60,011 nt of DNA from an uncultured Clostridia bacterium (GTDB lineage Bacteria > Bacillota > Clostridia > Christensenellales > CAG-138): the NCBI GenBank assembly GCA_937900325.1, contig CALCEX010000282.1, forward strand, positions 1-60,011, read 5' to 3'. The position numbers and the translations under genes were made by a program. This document shows positions 1-7,197 of the stretch, one piece after another. Below the pieces are notes generated by a model. That model did no database searches. It had not been told where the DNA came from and worked only from the letters and a program-made list of their open reading frames with translations. Each line of letters opens with the position of its first letter. The stretch's first letter is position 1.

Positions 1-116
1 AAGGGCGGGGGCCGCCCGCAGGCGGTCAGTTCCGGCGCGTCTCCCGCGGCGGAACCTCCTCTGTGGTCGATACTAAGAAAATTCCTCCCTTCGGTTGACA
101 CCGAAAGGAGGAATGG
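1..116. repeat. GC-rich structured ~117-bp module, copy a (cut by window edge)
   Basis: Near-identical to 427-543 and similar to 542-650. Contains hairpins CCGCC-cgca-GGCGG (12-25) and GTTCCG...CGGAAC (29-55), plus a 14-bp hairpin at 81-114. Confidence 0.8.
75..114 (-). terminator. Intrinsic terminator of peptide mRNA 1
   Basis: On the minus strand: ATTCCTCCTTTCGG-tgtcaa-CCGAAGGGAGGAAT followed by TTTTCTT. The single C/A mismatch on the plus strand becomes a G-U pair on the minus strand. Confidence 0.7.
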
Positions 117-123
117 GTATAAT
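95..123 (+). promoter_or_regulatory. Sigma-A type promoter of sRNA 1
   Basis: TTGACA (95-100), 17-nt spacer, TATAAT (118-123). The -35 box lies in the loop of hairpin 81-114. Confidence 0.7.
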
Positions 124-129
124 ACCAGT

Positions 130-221
130 AGGGTAAGACCGAATCGGTCAGCCGATACTTAAGTTTTATTCCTAACTAATAGGAACTACCGCTCTGGTGT
201 CAGCAGGGCGGTTATTTTTTT
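130..221 (+). ncRNA. Candidate cis-antisense sRNA 1 (putative type I antitoxin)
   Basis: Starts about 7 nt after the TATAAT. Has a 5' hairpin GACCGaatCGGTC, an internal hairpin TTCCTAactaaTAGGAA, and a terminator stem 188-196/204-212 followed by TTATTTTTTT. It overlaps the stop codon of the minus-strand peptide ORF and lies within that mRNA's 3' UTR. Confidence 0.6.
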
Positions 222-292
222 CTGACCGTTATGGTTATCGATTTTATGTCACGCTTCAGCGCAACAAAAAGCATGATAATCAATTCAATCAT
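212..292 (-). CDS. 26-aa peptide MIELIIMLFVALKRDIKSITITVRKK (putative type I toxin 1)
   Basis: Hand translation; too short for the ORF track. GGAGG lies 8 nt upstream of the ATG. Hydrophobic N-terminus, basic C-terminus. Paralog at 739-822 with synonymous and conservative differences. Confidence 0.55.
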   Translation of the reverse strand: MIELIIMLFVALKRDIKSITITVRKK

Positions 293-296
293 ACTT

Positions 297-319
297 CACA
301 CCTCCCTTCGGAGAGTGTG
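297..319 (-). promoter_or_regulatory. SD-sequestering hairpin in the peptide-1 5' UTR
   Basis: Minus strand CACACtCTCC-gaag-GGAGGTGTG. The GGAGG Shine-Dalgarno is fully paired. Confidence 0.6.
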
Positions 320-356
320 CTGACCGCCGCTTGCCCTGTGTATTATACTTGAAATC

Positions 357-385
357 ATTATAGCGCTTATGTAGAAATTTGTCTA
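357..385 (-). promoter_or_regulatory. Sigma-A type promoter of peptide mRNA 1
   Basis: Minus strand TAGACA (385-380), 17-nt spacer, TATAAT (362-357). Confidence 0.65.
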
Positions 386-426
386 TATTGAACGACGCCC
401 TTATACCCACTAAGAAAATAGGAAAT

Positions 427-543
427 GAAGGGCGGGGGCCGCCCGCAGGCGGTCAGTTCCGGCGCGTCTCCCGCGGCGGAACTTCCTCTGTGGTCGAAAT
501 TAAGAAAATTCCCCCAATCCGTTGACACGGAAAGGGGGAATGG
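427..543. repeat. GC-rich structured module, copy b (orphan, no sRNA or peptide attached)
   Basis: Same GC part as copy a. Hairpin 508-541 has the stem changed CTCC/GGAG to CCCC/GGGG, with the TTGACA loop conserved. No -10 box follows. Confidence 0.8.
502..541 (-). terminator. Orphan terminator-like hairpin (copy b)
   Basis: Minus strand ATTCCCCCtttCCG-tgtcaa-CGGattGGGGGAAT followed by TTTTCTT. Confidence 0.5.
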
Positions 544-650
544 GGCCCGCCGCAGCGGGTCAGTTCCGGCGCGTCTCCCGCGGCGGAACCTCCTCTGTGG
601 TCGATACTAAGAAAATTCCTCCCTTCGGTTGACACCGAAAGGAGGAATGG
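542..650. repeat. GC-rich structured module, copy c
   Basis: Directly abuts copy b. The first hairpin is CCCGC-cgca-GCGGG (546-559), a double compensatory variant of copy a. Confidence 0.8.
609..648 (-). terminator. Intrinsic terminator of peptide mRNA 2
   Basis: Same hairpin sequence as 81-114 (here 615-648), followed by TTTTCTT on the minus strand. Confidence 0.7.
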
Positions 651-657
651 GTATAAT
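629..657 (+). promoter_or_regulatory. Sigma-A type promoter of sRNA 2
   Basis: TTGACA (629-634), 17-nt spacer, TATAAT (652-657). Confidence 0.7.
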
Positions 658-663
658 ACCAGT

Positions 664-747
664 AGGGTAAGACCGTAACGGTCAGCCAGTCAAGAAAAAG
701 TTATTATTTGAAATAACCGTCCTGTTCCAGCAGGGCGGTTATTTATG
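664..747 (+). ncRNA. Candidate cis-antisense sRNA 2 (putative type I antitoxin)
   Basis: Conserved 5' part GTAGGGTAAGACCGtaaCGGTCAGCC. The divergent middle keeps a hairpin (GTTATTatttgaAATAAC). Terminator stem 716-724/731-739 followed by TATTTATGT. Confidence 0.55.
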
Positions 748-822
748 TCGGAACTTTATGATCGTTATCGTCTCTACTTCATGCTTAAGCGCAAGAATGA
801 GCGCAATAATCAATTCCAGCAT
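739..822 (-). CDS. 27-aa peptide MLELIIALILALKHEVETITIIKFRHK (putative type I toxin 2)
   Basis: Hand translation. GGAGG lies 8 nt upstream of the ATG. Paralog of 212-292. Confidence 0.55.
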   Translation of the reverse strand: MLELIIALILALKHEVETITIIKFRHK

Positions 823-826
823 TCTA

Positions 827-849
827 CACACCTCCCTTCGGAGAGTGTG
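827..849 (-). promoter_or_regulatory. SD-sequestering hairpin in the peptide-2 5' UTR
   Basis: Identical sequence to 297-319. Confidence 0.6.
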
Positions 850-886
850 CTGACCGCCGCTTGCCCTGTGTATTATACTTGAAATC

Positions 887-915
887 ATTATAGCGCTTAT
901 GTAGAAATTTGTCTA
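887..915 (-). promoter_or_regulatory. Sigma-A type promoter of peptide mRNA 2
   Basis: Identical to 357-385: TAGACA, 17-nt spacer, TATAAT on the minus strand. Confidence 0.65.
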
Positions 916-959
916 TATATAAGGCTTTTCCTCAATACAGACAAATTCATGCAGCTGCG

Positions 960-1703
960 CTATTCATAATCGAAGGACTGAAGAAACGTCTTTGCGCGGC
1001 CGGTTTCCGGGCCGTTGAAAAAGCGCTTCGGGTCGCCGGATTGCTCTACGATGACGCCGTTCTCTATAAACACGATCCGGTCGGCAATGGCGCGGGCAAA
1101 GTTCATCTCATGGGTGACGATGACCATGGTGCTGCCCGCCCTGGCAAGAGACAGAACTACCTCCAGCACCTCCCGCACCATTTCCGGGTCGAGCGCCGCG
1201 GTGATCTCATCGAGCAGCAGTATCTCCGGGTGCATACACATCGCCCGGACAATGGCTACCCGCTGCTTCTGCCCGCCGGACAGCTGCCGCGGATAGTCGT
1301 CCTTCCGATCGGCAAGCCCGACCCGCTCCAGCAGCTCCAGCGCCTCCTGCTCCGCCTCCGCGCGGGGGCGCTTCTGTACCTTCATCGGCGCGAGCAGGAT
1401 GTTTTCCAGAATGGTCATATGAGGAAAAAGATCATAGCTCTGGAATACCATGCCGATCTTCTGCCGCATCCGGGTGATGGACCTGCTCTCCCGCTGAACC
1501 GGCTCCCCATCCAGCAGTATCTCGCCGCCCTGAATCGGCTCCAGGCCGTTCAGGCAGCGCAGCAGCGTGCTTTTCCCGCAGCCGGATGGGCCGATGATCA
1601 CGACCACCTCGCCCTTGTGGACGTCCAGGTCAAAATCCTCAAAAATAACATGATCTCCGAAATCCTTATGCAGATGCCGGACGCTTAACAAAACATTTTC
1701 CAC
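960..1703 (-). CDS. Polar amino-acid ABC transporter ATP-binding protein
   Basis: C-terminal part of ORF 960..2315. Walker A GPSGCGKST, signature LSGGQKQR, Walker B ILLLDE, H-loop VTHEM. GTG start at 1703 preceded by AGGTGG; alternative GTG at 1715. Confidence 0.9.
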   Translation of the reverse strand: MENVLLSVRHLHKDFGDHVIFEDFDLDVHKGEVVVIIGPSGCGKSTLLRCLNGLEPIQGGEILLDGEPVQRESRSITRMRQKIGMVFQSYDLFPHMTILENILLAPMKVQKRPRAEAEQEALELLERVGLADRKDDYPRQLSGGQKQRVAIVRAMCMHPEILLLDEITAALDPEMVREVLEVVLSLARAGSTMVIVTHEMNFARAIADRIVFIENGVIVEQSGDPKRFFNGPETGRAKTFLQSFDYE

Positions 1704-1705
1704 AG

Positions 1706-2380
1706 CTATGACCACCTTTTTTCCAAATACCCCGCCAAACGGCCGACCGGCCAGCAAATAAGAAAATACAGCAAAAATACCGCCCCAAAGACGCCGAACG
1801 CGGCGTTGGGGGATGCGCGCCGGTTCGCCTCGATGATCTGCTGGGCAACCTTCAGCACCTCCACAATGCCTATCATCATCACAAGGCTGGTGGTTTTTAC
1901 CATCCGGGTGATGAGGTTGATGGACAGCGGGATCAGCCGCCGTATTGTCTGGGGCAGAATGACCAGGCTGTAAACCTGAGCCGGCTCCATGCCAAGCGCC
2001 TGCGCGCTCTGCCATTGAATGGCGGGTATGCTCTGCAATGCGCCCCGCACCAGGTCGCCCATTTCCGCCGTGCCCCAGAAGCTGAACACGATGACGGCAG
2101 AGGTCTCCGCCTCCAGGTTCCAGCCGAATACTCTGGTCGTACCGAAATAAACTATAAACAAAAGCACCATCTGGGGCATTATCCGGACGGTTTCCAGATA
2201 TATACGGAAAACCGCCTTCAAAACGCGGCTTCTTGAGGTCATGAGAACCCCCATCCCAACGCCCAGCACGATGCTGACGGCGACGGAGATCAGGCTGATG
2301 CGCAGCGCCACCCACAGGCCGCCCAGCAGCCGCAGAAAATTCGTCCCCTTGAACAGAACGTCAATCCCCAAACTCTGCAT
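1706..2380 (-). CDS. Amino-acid ABC transporter permease (His/Glu/Gln/Arg/opine family)
   Basis: ORF 1706..2380. Multi-TM protein with an EAA-type loop, SAQALGMEPAQVYSLVILPQ. Confidence 0.9.
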   Translation of the reverse strand: MQSLGIDVLFKGTNFLRLLGGLWVALRISLISVAVSIVLGVGMGVLMTSRSRVLKAVFRIYLETVRIMPQMVLLFIVYFGTTRVFGWNLEAETSAVIVFSFWGTAEMGDLVRGALQSIPAIQWQSAQALGMEPAQVYSLVILPQTIRRLIPLSINLITRMVKTTSLVMMIGIVEVLKVAQQIIEANRRASPNAAFGVFGAVFLLYFLICWPVGRLAGYLEKRWS

Positions 2381-3020
2381 AGCGCAGCCTCCTTTCCAGC
2401 CAGCTGCCCAGAACGGATACGGGGAGCAGCATGATCAGATAGAAGATCACCAGCAGCGTCAGGCACTCGATGGTCTTGGCGTACATCCCGATCAGATCCT
2501 TTGCCGTGAACATCAGGTCCATCAGGCTGACCGTGGAAAACACGCTGGTCTCCTTGAGCAAAAAAATCACATTTGCCAAAAGCCCGGGAACGCTGGACGC
2601 GACCGCCTGCGGCAGGATCACATAGCCAAACACCTGCGCCGGGCGCATTCCAAGGCTCTGGGCGCTCTCCGTCTGAATAAGAGGGATGCTTTCCAGCCCG
2701 CTGCGGAAGGTCTCCGCCATGTATGCGCCGCCCAGCAGGCCCAGCCCAAGCTTGCCGCAGGTCTCCGCGCTGATGCGGACGCCGATCTTCGGCAGCGCGA
2801 AATACAGGAAGAACAGCTGCACCAGCAAGGGCGTATTGCGAAACAGCCCGATGTACCCGCCGGCGATCTGCCGCAGCACGGGAATTTTCCAATGCACTGC
2901 CGCCGCGCAGGCGACGCCCAGCGCCAGCGCCAGCGCAACTCCCTGCCAGCCTATCCGAAGCGTCAGCAGCAGCGCGTCCCAAAACCTCGGCAGGTATGCG
3001 GTTATAACATCAATATCCAT
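2361..3020 (-). CDS. Amino-acid ABC transporter permease (second subunit)
   Basis: ORF 2361..3020. Paralogous to the previous permease; motif SAQSLGMRPAQVFGYVILPQ. Confidence 0.9.
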   Translation of the reverse strand: MDIDVITAYLPRFWDALLLTLRIGWQGVALALALGVACAAAVHWKIPVLRQIAGGYIGLFRNTPLLVQLFFLYFALPKIGVRISAETCGKLGLGLLGGAYMAETFRSGLESIPLIQTESAQSLGMRPAQVFGYVILPQAVASSVPGLLANVIFLLKETSVFSTVSLMDLMFTAKDLIGMYAKTIECLTLLVIFYLIMLLPVSVLGSWLERRLRYAEFGD

Positions 3021-3107
3021 AAGCGCCCTCTGTTTTACTTTGGTTTCTTAAGGCCGGTCATCCGCGCCGGAAGGGGGATAACGGCGCGGATTACCTGTCT
3101 GCTTCTG

Positions 3108-4016
3108 TTACTGCTTTGCCGAGGTATCCGCAGCGCCTTCCGCGCCGCCGCCCTCCACGACCAGCGTGTCCTCGTATTCCTTGCCGTAGGTGTCCAGCAG
3201 CGTCGCCTCATAGTCTGCGTGGAAGAAGTTCTCTTCGCCCAGCGCCCTGATCTCCTCGTTCAGCCAGTCCAGCAGCGTGGCGTTGCCCTTGGCGACAGCG
3301 GGGGCGATGGTATCCGCGCTGCCCAGAGAGGGGATGCCGACCACATAGCCGGGATTTTCGATGGCGAAAGCGATAACTTCGGTATTGTCGTTTGCCCAGG
3401 CCACGCCGTTGCCGTTTTCAAAAGCGGTCTTGGCCTCGGCGTAGGCGTCGTACTTTTGCAGCTTGATCTCGGGATTGTTCTTTTCCAGATAGGTCTCGGC
3501 AGTGGTGCCGGAGATCACGATGACCTGATCGTCAGCACCGATCTCGTCCAGGGATGTGATCGGCGCGGATTCGGGAGAAACAACGCCCAGCGCTACGTTC
3601 ATATACGGAAGGGCAAAATCCACCTCCTGCGCCCGCTCGGGAGTGACGGTAAAGTTGGCAAGTATGATGTCTACCTTTCCGGTCTGCAAATACTCTATAC
3701 GGTTGGCAGCCTCGGTAGAGACATAATTGATTTTCACGCCCAGATCTTCGCCGATGCGGTTGGCAAAGTACACGTCGTAGCCCTGATACTCGCCGTTCTC
3801 GTCCACATAGCCGAAGGGGCTCTTGTCGGAAAATACGCCAATGTTGACGGTGCCGCTGGACTTGATCTCCTCCAGTGTGCGGAAAGCGCCCGCGGCATCG
3901 GCCGCGTCGGCTCCCTCGGCGGTTTTTGCCGTCTCCGCTCCGCAGCCTGCAAGCAGGGCGGCGGCAATAGTCAGGCTCAGGAACACAATTCCGAATTTCT
4001 TGATAAATTTCTTCAT
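3108..4016 (-). CDS. Amino-acid ABC transporter substrate-binding lipoprotein
   Basis: ORF 3108..4016. Signal peptide with lipobox LLAGC; family-3 solute-binding protein features. Confidence 0.88.
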   Translation of the reverse strand: MKKFIKKFGIVFLSLTIAAALLAGCGAETAKTAEGADAADAAGAFRTLEEIKSSGTVNIGVFSDKSPFGYVDENGEYQGYDVYFANRIGEDLGVKINYVSTEAANRIEYLQTGKVDIILANFTVTPERAQEVDFALPYMNVALGVVSPESAPITSLDEIGADDQVIVISGTTAETYLEKNNPEIKLQKYDAYAEAKTAFENGNGVAWANDNTEVIAFAIENPGYVVGIPSLGSADTIAPAVAKGNATLLDWLNEEIRALGEENFFHADYEATLLDTYGKEYEDTLVVEGGGAEGAADTSAKQ

Positions 4017-4069
4017 GGAAAAATCCTCACTTTTCTATAAATTCAATAAATTTCAGGGAATCTAAGCGC

Positions 4070-4098
4070 AAAAAAACAGGAACTCAAGTAGAAGCTCC
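4070..4098 (-). terminator. Possible leader attenuator upstream of the ABC operon
   Basis: Minus strand GGAGCTT-ctactt-GAGTTCC (includes G-U pairs) followed by TGTTTTTTT, about 55 nt before the ATG at 4016. Confidence 0.35.
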
Positions 4099-4289
4099 CG
4101 GGTAAATGGCGTTATGATATCCCTTTGGGAAAAATCATGTTTCAGATGCAAAGATCGTATGCGAATGCACCCTGCCATACGGATATGCCCAGGAGGTATA
4201 CATTCGACAACAGCACTGCGCCGCATAAGCGTTGACCTCAAACACCGTGATCCGCTCCTTTCATAAATCTGCTTAGATTCAATGACTGC

Positions 4290-4318
4290 ATTATATTCCT
4301 ACTTTCCTACTATGTCAA
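4290..4318 (-). promoter_or_regulatory. Sigma-A type promoter of the amino-acid ABC operon
   Basis: Minus strand TTGACA (4318-4313), 17-nt spacer, TATAAT (4295-4290). Implies a leader of about 265 nt. Confidence 0.65.
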
Positions 4319-4797
4319 TAGGTTTTTTAAAAATTTCTGTTTATTTCACCATGCAGGGCGTGGGCGCCACCATAACCAGTAATCGGCTTGTTGAGAATCT
4401 GAATCCAAACGGGAAGCTGCTATATTATAAGCTGCTGAGCCAATACAGCAAAAGGAACGCCTATATGTATTACAGTAAAGGACGCTATGTTACGGCCGCC
4501 GTACCGGATCAGATCAAACGGTATCCAGGCATCCGAACTTCCGCCTGTACCGTCAGGTAAGGCCGTAGTCACGATCCCCCGGCAGGGCGGGCATTTGTGA
4601 TAGCAGCCCTATTGCCTCAGGAAGCGAACGGCGGGCCTCCGCCCGATATGTTAATATATTGTCCGTATGGTTAATATAATATCGTGGGTTTCCTTTGACT
4701 TTACGCGCATTTTACGTTATCATGAAATAGTGGAACTTATTTATATCGCCAGTGTTTTATCATTTCCCAAAAACTGAAAAGGAGCGACGTCTTACCT

Positions 4798-5646
4798 ATG
4801 TACCGTATAGTTAGAAAAGAACGCCTTCACGACACGGTGTCTTTGATAGAGGTCGAAGCGCCCTATGTCGCAAGAAAGGCTCTTCCCGGGCAGTTTATCA
4901 TCCTTCGCATTGACGAGCAGGGCGAGCGCATCCCTCTCACCATTGCGGATTACGACCGGGAAAGGGGCACGGCAACCGTTATATTCCAGAAGGTCGGCGC
5001 GACCACGAAGCGGCTGGACCTCCTCGAAGAGGGCGATTACCTCATGGACTTTGCGGGCCCCCTCGGCAAGGCCAGCGAGTTTGAGCACCTCAAGGGCAAA
5101 AGGGCCGCCGTTGTGGCGGGCGGCCTCGGCGTCGCCATAGCCTACCCCCAGGCGAAGGCATTGAGCGCCGTGGGCGCAAAGGTGGACGCCTTCATAGGCT
5201 TCCGCAGCACCAGCCTGTATATCCTCACGGAGGAATTCAAAAACGCCTGCGATAACCTCTATATAATGACCGACGACGGCTCCAACGGCCATAAGGGCTT
5301 CGTTACCGACGCCCTTGCGGAGCAGCTCAAGGCCGGCGCAAGGTATGACGAGGTGTTCGTCCTCGGGCCCATGCCCATGATGCGCGCCGTATGCAGCCTT
5401 ACCAGGGAATACGGCATAAAGACCACCGTCTCCATGAATACCATAATGATAGACGGCACCGGAATGTGCGGCGGCTGCCGCCTTACAGTAAACGGCGAAA
5501 CAAAGTTCGCCTGCGTGGACGGGCCGGACTTTGACGGCCACCTTGTGGATTTTGACGAGGCCATCATGCGCAGCCGCATGTACCGCGCCGAGGAGAAGCT
5601 TTCCGATGAAAAGCACTTCTGCCATCTTACAGGAGGGGAGAGATAA
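4798..5646 (+). CDS. nfnA: Ferredoxin-NADP+ oxidoreductase subunit alpha-like protein (NfnA / sulfide dehydrogenase-like FAD/NAD-binding protein)
   Basis: ORF 4798..5646. FNR-like fold with C-terminal Cys motif CGGCRLTVNGETKFACVDGP. Adjacent to the GltD-like subunit. Confidence 0.8.
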   Translation: MYRIVRKERLHDTVSLIEVEAPYVARKALPGQFIILRIDEQGERIPLTIADYDRERGTATVIFQKVGATTKRLDLLEEGDYLMDFAGPLGKASEFEHLKGKRAAVVAGGLGVAIAYPQAKALSAVGAKVDAFIGFRSTSLYILTEEFKNACDNLYIMTDDGSNGHKGFVTDALAEQLKAGARYDEVFVLGPMPMMRAVCSLTREYGIKTTVSMNTIMIDGTGMCGGCRLTVNGETKFACVDGPDFDGHLVDFDEAIMRSRMYRAEEKLSDEKHFCHLTGGER

Positions 5647-5647
5647 T

Positions 5648-7042
5648 ATGCCTAACATGACCTTGCAGAAAACCCCTGCCCGTGAGCAGGAACCCGATAT
5701 CCGCAACAAAAATTTCAATGAAGTTTCCCAGGGCTACGATGAGGAGCTGGCGCTCAACGAGGCCGCCCGCTGCCTGAACTGCAAAAATATGCCCTGCGTT
5801 TCCGGCTGCCCGGTAAATGTGCGCATTCCGGAGTTCATAGCAAAGATCGCCGCCCATGACTACGAGGGCGCCTACGCCATAATAAAGACCACCAACAGCC
5901 TTCCCGCCATCTGCGGCCGGGTATGCCCCCAGGAAAACCAGTGCGAGAGCAAGTGCGTCCGCGGCATAAAGGGCGAGCCGGTAGGCATAGGCCGGCTGGA
6001 GCGCTTCGCGGCGGACCGCGCCATGGCGAAGGGCTCCGCCCCCGCCGCCCTGCCCGCCCCAAACGGCAAAAGGGTAGCCGTCATAGGCTCCGGCCCCGCG
6101 GGCCTTACCTGCGCGGGCGACCTTGCAAAGCTGGGCTATGAGGTGCATATATTCGAGGCGCTGCATACCCCCGGCGGCGTGCTGGTATACGGCATTCCGG
6201 AGTTCCGTCTCCCCAAGGCGCTGGTTCGTGAGGAGATAAGGAACGTGGAGGCTCTGGGCGTAAAGATAGAGACCAACGTGGTCGTCGGCCGCTCCATAAG
6301 CCTTGATGAGCTGATGGAGGAGGAGGGCTTTGACGCTGTGTTTGTAGGCAGCGGCGCGGGATTGCCAAACTTCCAGAAGATACCCGGCGAGAACCTCTGC
6401 GGCGTATACTCCGCAAATGAGTTCCTCACCCGCATAAACCTCATGAAGGCATATAAGTTCCCCGAGACGGATACTCCTATCCGCGTCGGCAGAAACGCCG
6501 CGGTAATAGGCGGCGGCAACGTGGCCATGGACGCCGCCCGCTGCGCAAAGCGCCTGGGCGCGGAGAACGTATACATCGTGTACCGCAGGAGCGAGGCCGA
6601 GATGCCCGCCCGCCGGGAAGAAGTACACCACGCCAAGGAGGAGGGCATCATCTTCAAGGTGCTCAACAACCCCATCCGCATAAACGGCGATGAGAACGGC
6701 TATGTCACCTCAATGGAGTGCATAGAGATGGAGCTGGGCGAGCCCGACGCTTCCGGCCGCCGCAGGCCCATAGCAAAAGAGGGCAGCGAGTTCACCCTGG
6801 ATGTGGATACCGTCATCGTGGCCATAGGCAACAGCCCCAACCCCCTCATCAAGAACACCACCCCCGGCCTCGCTGTGGGCCGCAAGGGCGAGATAACCGC
6901 AGACCCCGAGACCGGCGCCACCTCCAAGCCCGGCGTGTTCGCGGGCGGCGACGCCGTTACCGGCGCGGCTACCGTAATACTGGCCATGGGCGCAGGCAAG
7001 AAGGCCGCCGCCGCCATTGACGAGTACCTCAAGAACAAATAA
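5648..7042 (+). CDS. nfnB: NADPH-dependent glutamate synthase beta-chain-like oxidoreductase (NfnB-type)
   Basis: In-frame ATG at 5648 after AGGAGGGGAG. Motifs CLNCKNMPCVSGCP, VAVIGSGPAGLTCA and AVIGGGNVAMDAAR. Confidence 0.85.
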   Translation: MPNMTLQKTPAREQEPDIRNKNFNEVSQGYDEELALNEAARCLNCKNMPCVSGCPVNVRIPEFIAKIAAHDYEGAYAIIKTTNSLPAICGRVCPQENQCESKCVRGIKGEPVGIGRLERFAADRAMAKGSAPAALPAPNGKRVAVIGSGPAGLTCAGDLAKLGYEVHIFEALHTPGGVLVYGIPEFRLPKALVREEIRNVEALGVKIETNVVVGRSISLDELMEEEGFDAVFVGSGAGLPNFQKIPGENLCGVYSANEFLTRINLMKAYKFPETDTPIRVGRNAAVIGGGNVAMDAARCAKRLGAENVYIVYRRSEAEMPARREEVHHAKEEGIIFKVLNNPIRINGDENGYVTSMECIEMELGEPDASGRRRPIAKEGSEFTLDVDTVIVAIGNSPNPLIKNTTPGLAVGRKGEITADPETGATSKPGVFAGGDAVTGAATVILAMGAGKKAAAAIDEYLKNK

Positions 7043-7060
7043 AGCGTAAAGCAGCTTTAA

Positions 7061-7103
7061 GCCCTGCCGTACACGATAAGGCAGGGCCTTTCTTATATTT
7101 TTT
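7061..7103 (+). terminator. Intrinsic terminator after nfnB
   Basis: GCCCTGCC...GGCAGGGC stem followed by a T-rich tract. Confidence 0.7.
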
Positions 7104-7197
7104 AATAATTCTATTTTTCGTCTGCTCTTCTTTTCTCTTTGCTTCTTTCTCCTTTTCTTTTCTCATGAAAAGAAAAGAGAAAAAAGATGCGGCTGTA

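Noticed and set aside
425-635. ORFs 425..610 (+) and 453..635 (-) inside the GC-rich repeats
   Set aside because: They lie entirely within tandem structured repeats, overlap each other on opposite strands, have no Shine-Dalgarno and have Arg/Gly/Pro-rich composition. They look like artefacts of GC-rich non-coding sequence.
1-660. CRISPR array interpretation of the three ~117-bp repeats
   Set aside because: The repeat unit is far too long, two copies abut with no spacer, and the spacing is irregular (about 310 bp versus 0 bp). No cas genes are in the window.
960-2315. 451-aa ORF fusing the ABC ATPase to an N-terminal extension
   Set aside because: The extension is read out of frame across the permease gene 1706..2380 and is Arg/Gly/Pro-rich. 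ATPase homology starts near 1703-1715.
4017-4283. T-box, S-box or L-box call for the ABC operon leader
   Set aside because: The nearest T-box-like string is GGGTGCATTCGC, which lacks the UGGN tRNA-acceptor pairing context. No S-box or L-box core motifs are present. Kept only as an unclassified leader.
4282-4560. 92-aa ORF as a CDS
   Set aside because: No ribosome-binding site, atypical composition and no recognisable motif. It overlaps the mapped promoter of the divergent ABC operon.
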